A stretch of 20,000 nucleotides of DNA. It comes from Paramecium tetraurelia. Its lineage: Eukaryota. Location of the stretch: positions 240,902-260,901 of the forward strand of contig CT868026.1 of the NCBI GenBank assembly GCA_000165425.1, in the 5' to 3' direction. Shown one piece after another: positions 1-10,913 of this stretch. Numbering within the stretch: position 1 is the first letter of the stretch; every line of letters starts with the position of its first letter. Made by a program: the position numbers and the translations under genes. The notes below the pieces were generated by a model. That model had not been told where the DNA came from and ran no database searches. It was given only the letters and a program-made list of their open reading frames with translations.

Positions 1-3000
1 CATAAGTGATCTGACACTACCCATCCTCCTTCGCAAAAATTCACAAACTTAAAACAATACTCAATATAATCAGATTAATAATCAGGTCTCCAATACCCCT
101 GCTTAAGTTCAATCTAATTTGATGTTACGGATTTAAATTTATTTTAATCAAAAATTGAACATTTTGTAGTGTTGTACGTTACTGAGTAATATCCTTAACT
201 TGGTTAACATATTTAACAACCAGATTAAACATAAAACTCCCCTAATTAACACTTAAAGCCTTTGATTTCTATATTATATAACAAATCATCAGTTTAATCA
301 TTCAGATGACAAGAGATTTAAATTTAATTGGTGTAATTATTTAATTGGTACGGATCAGCAGTAATTGATAAAAAGCTTAAATCAAAGCTTTTAAATTCTG
401 AGTTGTATTCTACAGTTGTAATATTGGTTGAATCAATGAGAACATTGTTCTATAAGGTTTACCTAGAGATCTTGCATGAGGCATTAGAAAAATTAGGTAA
501 TATTTCGTTTAGACTATTCTTGTATGCTATTGAGAATTCATCTATATACTAATCAAATTTAAGTAAAGATGGATTGTATATATTATAACGAATAATTTCT
601 TAATTGCTGGGAATCATTAATATTCTAGTTTATTATACTCTTCCTTGTTCCATTACTCGATAGGGCTGCAAATATAAACTATTTACAATAATATTGTTGA
701 TCTTTTTCTCTATGGTATTCATTTCAAAGTTATTGATTGACAAAGTTAAATGAGTGGGCTTTTCTTAAAGATTATTTGGAATTTGAGATGCAGAATTCAA
801 TTTCATCCAGGAATTAATAAAATTCTCAGAATTTAAATTACTATTGCCATGTAAGTAAATTCCTCCTCCTTATGAAGCTTAGTTATTGTAAATTATAGTT
901 TGAGCTATTTTGAATTCGTTGTTATTCAATGATAGATAGAGAGCGCCTCCTTATTAAGTAGCAATATTTTTTAAAAATTTCGAATTGACAAGAGTAATCC
1001 TTACATTTTCAGTTGCAATTGCAGAACCAATAGTGCCATTATTCATCATAAAGAGTGAATTCTTTATCACTAATTTTGTTTCTTATTAAGTTGAAGATTT
1101 AGCAAATATACATCCATAGTTCCTTATATTATTCTTCAGGCAATATGCTTCTACAATTTTAATTGAATAATATTATGTCAAATCAAATTAGATTATTCCA
1201 TTCCAACATTATAAGCATTGATTGTTTGATATTAATAGCTAAGCTAATTTAATTTTATTTTGAGAATGTGTACTTTAAATATGAATCAAAGCACCTGTTT
1301 CACTTGATTAGTGTAAAATTTGTTCAAATATCCACGCAACTTGAGTAGGAGCAGTAAAAACTTGATTCAATAATTGAAGATTGATATTGCAATTATTGTA
1401 ATCTAGAGATATTTTTGAATATTCAATTATATTAGTATTTAATTTACTGAAATCAAATGAAGCCATATTAAGAATTTTAATATCTTGTAAAACAACTTAG
1501 TAAGAAATGGATATTGTTTGCCCAATATGAACCATATTAATTGGGTAAAAGGATTTAGCATTCAAAACTAGGAGATTTGACACATGTAGAGTTTATGAAT
1601 CCAACACTTTTAGTAGTGAAGACAATAAAATTCCTGAAAATTTTAAAGATTAAATATTTAAACTGCATCCTTATATATTAATAATAGCATTATCATTTGA
1701 TATTTTCTAAATGTCATAGATGCTTAGAGATTCCATTTTTTAGAAATATTAAACCAATTAGTTTTCATCTTGAAATATTGAAATGTTCTTCAAAGTAACA
1801 ATATTCGTTTTAAGAGTTAATAGTTAAAACTCTATCTTCATGAATTAGTTTATTAAAGAGAAGCAATTTTAAATAGCTATGTTTTGAAATGTTATTAAAT
1901 TAGACTTGAGGGATGGAATCAATGAAAGTATGGATGAGGCCAATCTATTTTGTATATCTTTAAAGTTCACATTTTTGAATTCTAGTTCTAAAAGACTATT
2001 TTTTGAATAAATTGATATAGCTCCGTCATTGTCCCCAATTTAGGAGAATATATTTTATGATGATTCTATCTAACAGTTTGTTATAGTCACCTTGCCTAGT
2101 CCCTGAGTGACAACATCAAGTATAGAACTACTTTGAGCCAATATTTCCTTAAAAACACAATTGTTAATTATAAATTATTCTGTTACAATAACCAGAGCTC
2201 CTCCTTTATTTTAGATTGTAAATGCTTTATTAATCAAGTGGTTGATGATATCTTAGTTAAATTTTTCCTTCAAATCTAGGTTGTAATTCTTATTCCAAAA
2301 CGATGAGTTTAATTAGTTATGATTATTAATACCAATATTATTTATTTTGATGGAGTTCGTATTGATGTAAATAAAGGGATTAGTAGAATTAGTTAATGCA
2401 TTGTTTTATGAGGTTAAATGATTTATGTATAAAGAGCTAGATTAAGAATTAATCAGTAGTAGACTTGAAGTAGTTTGGGAAGGATCATCAAAAAGTTGAT
2501 TGAAGCTATTATCCTAAAATTAAATATTCTCCATTTCTATTATCTAAATCTTCTCGGAATATATAGTTAATTATGATAATACTAGACCTAAATTCCTTTT
2601 TACTAAAATATTTCCTATAAATTTTAAGCCTTTAAGTTTAATGTTCTCTCTCTAATTTGTCACTGATGAATTGGATAAAATTTAGATAAAAGATTAATCC
2701 ACACTGTACTGATTGATAATTTCAATATTTGTTAAGGATAGAGATGAGTATCCTGAAATGTAAAATAGTTATGAATTTTTCAATGTAACTTATAAACATT
2801 CAATAGATGCAGGCACTTGATATCTCTGTATTTTATTAGCATATGATAAATCTTCAACGCTAATCTAAGTAACACTTTATAGAATAAAGTATTAAAGATG
2901 AAAGGAATTTATTATTTCAAATTTCTTTATCTCTAAACTAAAACAATTAATATGAAATAGATAAGCAGATGAATTTTATGCATTTGAAATACCATTTTCT

Positions 3001-6000
3001 AAGAAATTAATATTGTATAATTTAACTTCTCCTTAATTGAGTGTTGTTTATTACGTTGTGAAAATAAGAGAAGTGTTAACAAGAACATTGTTTTGAATGT
3101 CAAATTGATCGATTAATAAAGTTGCAGTTGATATTAACTTATAAAACAAAAACGTCTAATTTAAATTACAATCCTCCAACTTCAATTACTTAATAATTAG
3201 ACTATTTTAAAAAACTAAAAACTTTGAATTTTCAAATTTATTTGAAATAAATGTAACTTCTGCTAAATCAATATAATAAGTGTCTGTCCCATTAATTAGT
3301 TATGAGTTTTATATAAGAGAGTTTCTAATTTTAAAATCATTAATGTTAATAATCGATTAGGTGTTACTGTCTTATTTAAAATCAAAAATTGTGGAGTTAA
3401 TAAACTAACAATTTTCGATTGTAAGATTTTAAATAAAGCTGTTTTTAGGAAGTGAGTAAAACTAAAAAATGATTGTTTGAGAAAAATTACAGTTTCGAAT
3501 TGTTAGATCTTGTATTTTAATAAAACTAACTTCATCCTGAAATCTAATCTAAAAAGCTATGGAATTTAATATGTTCAAATCGCTTAATGTGATATTCCTG
3601 ATCTCAAAATGTTAACACTTTTCTGTCTAAACTGTCATATATATTGAATCTTGGTTGCTCGCAAAAAACGTAGAATCAGTCAGTTTTATATTAGTAGGAT
3701 AATAAGTATTATGAATATATATCTCCAATGATTCCATGACAAAATATAACAGGTGGTTGAGATTTATGGAGTCAAAGTCTTAGAATAAAATTCCTGATGG
3801 AAAAGTAGTTGGTAAATCATCCCCTTATAAAATCATCTCTGTCCATTATAAGGAAATAACTCTTGCTTATAATTAATTAAGTATCTTTAATAGATACGTA
3901 AATCTTATGGGACATAAATCTTGAATAAGAATGATTAAGTTAAATCTTTGGGCACCGATTTGATTGAAGTATTCAAAATTGAATTACTCTAAAAATCTCT
4001 CTAATTCATCAAATATTTCTAAACAATTATATTTGATCTAATTACTTATCTATATATACTTAATAGGAGATGATATTGTCACAAATACCATCAAAACAAT
4101 ATTTCGCAACTTATTAATAAGGATCAATCATTATATTTTTTTCTTTCGTTTATTGGACACATTTATATGTATATTTTTTATTTGAGTCATTTATTACAAA
4201 GGCGGGATTAAGGTTCTAAAATTGGGATATATATTATACCTTGATCTCTTCTATTGTCCTTTCTTAACAAACCTAACATAGCAAAGAGCAAGTAATGCAT
4301 AGTCCTTTTTCTATAGTCCTTAAAGGTTCCATGTAATAACTCTAGGTACATTTTCCACAAGTAAATCCATCGGCGGCATTTGTTTCCTTTTGACAAGTAG
4401 CACAATTTGAATCGCAATATTTTCTACAGAAATTTTGGTTTAATGAATATTGATCTATACATTTGATTGCAATAGGACTAATGTATAATATATCAGTAGA
4501 CTAAGGATACAGATATTTATTTGGTAGAAATTACATCAAAAAGCTTTGTATTAATTGCATCCATGCATCTAAATTAGTATAATCTCCTTCTATACACAAT
4601 TTAGAATATTGTAATTCACAAATTGTACAAAATCCAGTAGTAAGAGAACTTGAATACCCGTCTTCACAAACAATGCATTTTACAATTGATTAGGGTGTTT
4701 AAATACATTATTTACACTTAGATATATATTTTTAACAGTTTATTATCTCAGGAGCAACCTTAAAGTCTTATATCGCTGATAGAGTACATAGTTCTTGTCC
4801 TGATTAATTTATAAACGATCTCAAACAATTGGTCAAGGTTGGTTCTTTATAAATACACTTACTTTATGTGAAATCAAATATAAATCCATCCAGACATAAT
4901 GCACACCCTATTTTATGAAACTCATCTATTTTAAAAGCTTAAAAATCATTATAGAGTGTGCATTTTGTTAGATCGTTACTTTCATATTCAAAACAAAACT
5001 GACAATTCTCTATTTAACATAAATTACAACCCTTTTCAGATGTTATGTAATAAGGAGCATTGCAATCATTTATTTATCTTATTCCTCGAGGGGTTATCAC
5101 ACAAACTCCATCTTTTAATTTTGCTACTCTTGAACATTTTATACAAATTTATTTGGTTAATAACATTTAACAAATCAAACAGTTTTGAAGAGTACAAGGA
5201 TAAAAGTCTAAATCTGAGCTGTAGTATGAGTAAAGAATAAGAAAATTCTTATTAGTTATTTCAAAATCTTAGTATATTCTTTCAATTTGATCTTAATCCT
5301 CAATAAAATCCTTTTATGATGGCTTAATCTCCATTCCATCAAATATATAATAAGTCTTAAATTTATCAACTTTATATTGTGCTGGGCTTCCAAGATCATC
5401 AATGTAGAGATTGGTTTAACAATACGGATCATTATGCCACCCTTTAGGATTTTAAATACATTCTAAACATGTCATCAAGCTATCCTTTATCAAAGAAGGG
5501 CTAAGTTTAATTACAATATTAAATACCATTTTAAGCAAAATTAATCTTAATTAAAATATCCTTAGCGACAGTTTGATGTTGAGTCTTATTCAAATCCTGA
5601 ATTTAGAAATAAATTATAGCTCTCCATACCCTTACATTCTTATTCATCAATATAATTATTTGGGCATACGCATACTTTATATTATTCAAGATAAACTCTT
5701 TTTGATTCTTCTGAACAAGACAAACAATCTTTATATGTAGGGCCTTCACATTCTTAGCAACTATAATGACATCCTGTGATAATATTATCATCAGATGCAG
5801 CATTACTAAATCTCAAATTTTTTAGAGCACCAGTCAAGTAATTAGTCGCTGATTATAAAAGATTTCCATATTATAATTTAAATTAAACTTCATGGAAATG
5901 ATTAACTTAAAATTAAGTCTCATGCAGAGTTTATTCCAAGCCTTAAAAAAATGTTATTGAGACTTTTAGAATATTTTAGTCTAAAGACACATATAAGAAA

Positions 6001-7085
6001 TGCCATAATTTTATATTATTAATGCTCCAGTCTTTTGATAATAAAAAACCTGACTTCTCAAAATCGTAATCAACAAGCGGTAATGTATAGCTATAAGTAG
6101 TTACAAGTAGTTTGATTTATGAATTTGAGAATTCATAAAATAATTAAAAAGCTGATAAATTTTCATTTTTCGCATAGTTATTTTCAAAGTTTGCTGATAT
6201 TTTAATCAATTAATAAATAAATTATTAATCTTCTTGTCGGAAATCTGATATTCGGATCCAAGCTTCCAAAGAAAATCCATCACAATTTCTATTTTCTGAA
6301 GCGAATACTTCCTGGTTTAATTTGAAAATATCAAAATCTTGTAAACTTTATTCTGAGTTATCTACTTGTGTGCATTCCGGGTGATAATCATTTGAAAAAC
6401 TTAAGAAAGTTTCAAATCCTATTTCATTTACTAATTAATTTCCTACATTTGGATGAAGTATTGATAATTTCCCAGGAAAATAAGAAAGCGTTGATATATC
6501 TTGGTTCCAGAGCTACTAGGATTCTTCTACAACTAATCCTCCTCCAATAACAAACTTTAGATCGGAATCCTTGAAAATACCTTTTATAACATGTTGCTAA
6601 ATTGCTATTGTAGTTTCCCTTTGAAATATATAAACATCAATAATTCCTTCTGATGGTATCAGATTTAGACAAAAAAAATACCAATAATTTTCATATATCA
6701 AAGGATCGATTTCAAATTTATAAGTGTATATTTAATTATCACTGCCCAAGAACTAAACCTTCTTATAAACAGTATTTGTTGATTGATCAACGCAATCATA
6801 GTAGAGTAAGTTTATTTACAAATTTGTGTATTCTGAAATAGAGCTTAACAAATAGCAGTGACTATCAAACATTCCTATCAATCCAACTTAGGAAATTATA
6901 CTTAAAGGAAGGTATTTGCTCCAAATCCCATAATTAAAGTAATCAAGCTTAGCAAAGTCTACTCCACCAGTATTGATTGTAAATGCATAATATTATTATT
7001 ACTCATTTAAGGCTTCGAAGTAAAACGAAAGCACAAAGTTTTTATGATATAGGCCTAATAAGAAAGTTACTAAGAAATTATGCAT
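1..7085 (-). CDS. Very large Cys-rich surface/receptor-like protein of a ciliate multigene family, 3' end outside the window; exons 7085-5527, 5500-4240, 4215-4060, 4037-<1 (>2330 aa in window)
   Basis: Hand translation in code 6 from ATG at 7085: MHNFLVTFLLGLYHKNFVLSFYF (hydrophobic leader)...FNYGIWSKYLPLSIISQVGLIGMFDSHC...GCHYSCQECEGPTYKDCLSC (furin-like Cys repeat)...GGALSL..IYNNQASQGGGIYL (GGA/NN beta-helix-like repeats)...QIELKQGYWRPDYQSDYIEYCFKFVNFCEGGW at the window edge. Exon phases are consistent with three GTA..TAG introns, and I found no in-frame TGA in the 4037-1 exon. Confidence 0.92.
4038..4059 (-). other. 22-nt spliceosomal intron (gene 1, intron 3)
   Basis: Minus strand GTATATATAGATAAGTAATTAG; required to avoid a TGA a few codons later; gives ..NIISYQ|IKYNCLEIFDELERF.. 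Confidence 0.85.
4216..4239 (-). other. 24-nt putative intron (gene 1, intron 2; 3n, stop-free)
   Basis: Minus strand GTATAATATATATCCCAATTTTAG, phase 0, canonical ends and size; not required for frame (retention adds VQYISQFQ). Confidence 0.65.
5501..5526 (-). other. 26-nt spliceosomal intron (gene 1, intron 1)
   Basis: Minus strand GTATTTAATATTGTAATTAAACTTAG; removal joins TG|C to give ..FCLKCPSLIKD.. and restores the frame. Confidence 0.9.
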
Positions 7086-8511
7086 AAAGAATTAAAGTTT
7101 TGAATTTAATTCAAATAACTATTATTCAAGAGTTTAAATATGTCTAAAGAAAGGGTAATGGCTGCATAATTTTACTAAAAATCACCTAGTTTAAAAAGAG
7201 ATTAGGAATTTATTAATATCAATGATTGCTTGTTATTTCAATTAACTTGATTTCTTATTTCACTATTCTCAAAAATTAAATTATGAATTTAAGCACAATC
7301 GGACAATCAAATACTTTAAAGTTTTGTATTAGAAAATAAAATATATATGTAAGGAAATCAATTATTTATTAAAAAGTAAGTAAGGAGTAATTTCTTAACG
7401 AATATTAACAGTTTAAACCTGTTGAATAATCAGATAAATTTTTATAAAAAAAAATATATATTTCAATCAATTATTACACTTTTATTTTTTTGATATTTAA
7501 TTATAATTCGTTTTAATTATCAATGCTCCATATAAGTTGTTGATAATTAATTTCGATAGTAATTGATTTAATTCCTTTTAGTTATTAGATGTTAAATTTT
7601 CGACAACTCATCTCTTAATACTGTGTAAATTAAAAGAAGTTTTAGATTAATGAAAATATTTTTTGAATCTTTTGATTGCTTAAATATTCTTTATGGTCTA
7701 TTGTTCAATCCATTTAACTATCAAATATAATTTAGAAATTGCTGACTTTGATTGGGAGAAAACAGAGCAGATAAGAAAATATTCCATAAAATAAAATAGG
7801 ATGTTATTTGATGTTAAAGATCGTCACTACCATAGAAAACATTCTTTTAATATTTTTCATTATAAAGAGCATTTTCTTAGGATCAAGTTGTAATATTCAT
7901 AACTGTCTGGCTTGAATCATTTTCTATGACAGAGAATAAAGATTTATATCAATTTTAAACTAATTTTATATTTCATCGATATGATCTTAAGATTAAGGCT
8001 TAAATATCTTATTTACTATAAATATAAGCTAAGTTAGAGAAATCTAAAGAATAAAATAAGAAACTAATTACAGAGGAATATATTGATAAAACAACAATAG
8101 AATTAATGTTAATGCTGAAATCCTTGATGAACGGATTTAATACTAAGTGGCTTTCTTCAAAATTTAATGATTTAGTTGTTATTCTGTTTTCTATCAATTT
8201 TCCATGTATAATCAATATCAAGGTTAATTCCTAATCAATACTTCTTTGCCAAAGATTCTTGATAAAAAGTTAATTTGTTTTTTTTCCTAAAAGTTGTTTT
8301 TTATGCTAAAACTTGAGGGTTTCTTAAGAAAAAGACCTGATTAATAATAAGAATAAAAGTTTTCCATACTAACTTCACTTAAAGGTTATTGCTTACATTT
8401 TCTTATTATTTAATTAATTTGTTTATATAAAAATAGTTTTATTACAATAAAGTGATTACCCTAAATGGAGAAAATTTGAAAAAATTAATTTTTCATCCTT
8501 AAAAATAACAT

Positions 8512-9594
8512 TCAATTCTTTATTGTATATTTTCTTACTTGAATGTTCTTTGATACACCATCCAAAAATAATCAAATACTCTCCATCTTCACTGACTGTT
8601 CCGAATATCCAAGGATTGTAAGCTTCATTAAAAACGATAACTTATGTTAATTAAAATTGCTATTCTGATTTTTTGTATTGCTCTTCTGTTTGGAATTCAA
8701 AATGTTTTAAGATATTTAAGGTGTTTCCGCATTTACTGAATAATATTTTCTTTTAAGTATTATATATCTAGGGGAAATAATACATGCAATCTTCAAGGTT
8801 AAGTTAAATTTAAAATTCTTTATCTTTAATAAATGATTCATTTACAAGGATATAGTAATGAATTTAAGATTCTCCATAAGGTTAAAAAGTAAAAGAATCA
8901 TTATTAATAAAGCAAATTCGATATCCATGTTTTTAAACCTAGATTTTTTATTTAACTATCCAAATGAACTCTGATGAGGAAATTGGTTCCATAACTAATA
9001 TTATTCCATCCTTTCCTGCTGATATTACTTTTGAACCATCGTTGTTAATTGATAATCCAACAACACATTTGATATGCTCAGAAATAACCTGTAAAAATGG
9101 CTTTCTCTTGTAATTTGGTTAATCAAACCAAAAAACAATTGAGCCCAGTTTACTACCAGAAATAATGATGTTCTCTTTTAAAGGATGAATAACAAGGCTT
9201 GAAATGTATTCTTAGCCTTCTAATCTTTAAATATATTTAGGATTTGATATAAGGTTATATGACCATTTATTAATCAAAGTATCTGATCCGGAAATAAAGA
9301 TTTACTTTTTTTTATAAAAATTAAGTGTATTGATATAATTAAAGGTATTAGTATATTCCTATTTGAGAATTGGGCATCTAATATTTTAGAGAAATTTTAA
9401 TCCTCCATCTTTAAAATAAAAAAGTTTAAAGTTAAATTCATCTGACACCAATAAGAGCTTATTATCTTAATTTATTGCCAAAGCATGTGAAATTGACTCC
9501 TACTTTAAGGCAACAACTCATATGAGAAAGTTTAATCATTACATTGTCCTTATGCTTATTTCATAACTTAAATAATTTTATAAAACTATTTCAT
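8512..9594 (-). pseudogene. WD40/beta-propeller protein gene of a Paramecium-type expanded family with two apparent frameshifts (pseudogene or consensus errors)
   Basis: Main frame 9505-8569: KQESISHALAINQDNKLLLVSD..INTLNFYKKKQIFISGSDTLINKWS..ISSLVIHPFKENIIISGSKLGSIVFW..EHIKCVVGLSINNDGSKVISAGKDGIILVME..IFGTVSEDGEYLII (WD40-like blades). The N-terminal part (MKQFYK..FSYELLPQ, ATG 9594) and the natural-looking end (LDGVSKNIQVRKYTIKN*, TGA 8514-8512) lie in a different frame. Confidence 0.75.
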
Positions 9595-10913
9595 TTAGTT
9601 TTCAATTTTATTAATTATTACACGCAAGAATGAAACTTAAATCCAATTTTTGTTCAGGGCAACATATCTGATAGAGACCAATTTTTAAAAGTTATAATAT
9701 TAATCATCATAATTATTAATAAAAAGCAATATATGAAATCTAAAAAATGAAATGATTTCATTTAGTTTCAAATAGAAAAGTAATTTTATTGGACATTTTG
9801 AATAAAAATAAACGAAGAAATGAGTAATTCTTTTGAAATTAACAGAAAATTAATTTTAGAATTCTAAATTTAATCAACCTAATACATCTCTAAGACTTTA
9901 GATGAAATTAAATTATAGTTTTAGTGATTATATAGGCGGCTCTTTAAGTTTCAGAAAAGAAAATCAAATTTGAGAACTAATTTTTAATTAGAAATGATAG
10001 CATAAGGATATTTATGAATAAGGAATATTTTTAAAAAGAAATACTATTGAGCTATTGATTGCGAATATAGCTTAAAAAAGCAGAATTCATTCTAAAAATT
10101 AAAGCGTATTATAAAAAGATTTTGCGCACTTAAAATTAACAAATATTAATTAATTTTTATAATTATCTAATTTATCATCACTCACATTCAAACTTAAAAT
10201 CTGACATACATAGGCACCATCCCCATTAAATTCTAAAATCGAAACTTCACTCAATTAATAGTAATAGGTCATTCATTTATTTCTTTTATTCATTTCTTCT
10301 ATCATCATTATATAGCATTGTTTCTGTATAACAAAGAAGATTAATATCTCTTGCTATATAGTTTCAGTTTAATATAAATCAATACTGCTTCAAATCGCAT
10401 TACTTAGAACGATGAGAAAATTTAACATTATATAAATAATACATGACTTTCTTAATATTATTTTTATAATAATTTTTGATTAAAATAAAATGTATTAAAT
10501 AATTTCTTAATGTTGATAATTAATTATTTTAGATCAAAAGTTTAATTTTATATAAATTGGATGTTAGTTGACAAATGATTTCTTTACCTTATTATGTGTT
10601 TTACTGGTGTTGGCTTCTATTCTATAAATTTTCTCTTTTTTTAATTAGTCAAATTCTGACTGATAATTTATAAATCGAAAATTCAAAAAGAAAGATAAGG
10701 CGATAGATATTTTTAGATTAAAGAATTACCTGAAACACAAATAAAATTTGAAATTATGATGGAGTTTTTTTAGGTAATTTTGTATTTTTAATAAACAAAT
10801 ATATTGTAGATAATATTATAGAATTTAATCTACGTAGAACAATCGACTTTAATATTTAAGTAAGTACGACAAAAATGGTTAAAGAAATCAATTTTATTTA
10901 AAGTAATCTAGAT

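Noticed and set aside
4019..4045. Alternative 27-nt GTA..TAG intron overlapping gene 1 intron 3
   Set aside because: It is 3n and does not restore the frame (TGA follows); the 22-nt intron 4038-4059 does.
7926..8500. Plus-strand code-6 ORF from ATG 7926 (MTENKDLYQFQTNF..KLEKSKEQNKKLITEEYIDK..)
   Set aside because: No recognisable motif, and it runs into the antisense of the WD40 gene. With a single stop codon, long chance ORFs are common. It could be a relic but is unsupported.
9588..9770. Short direct repeat ATTTCATTTAGTTT(T)CA near 9588 and 9755
   Set aside because: About 16 bp of very AT-rich sequence in only two copies; plausible by chance or a trivial local duplication.
10087..10272. 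Small minus-strand code-6 ORF, 61 aa (MTYYYQLSEVSILEFNGDGAYVCQ..)
   Set aside because: Short, with no recognisable family or supporting intron structure; not distinguishable from chance.
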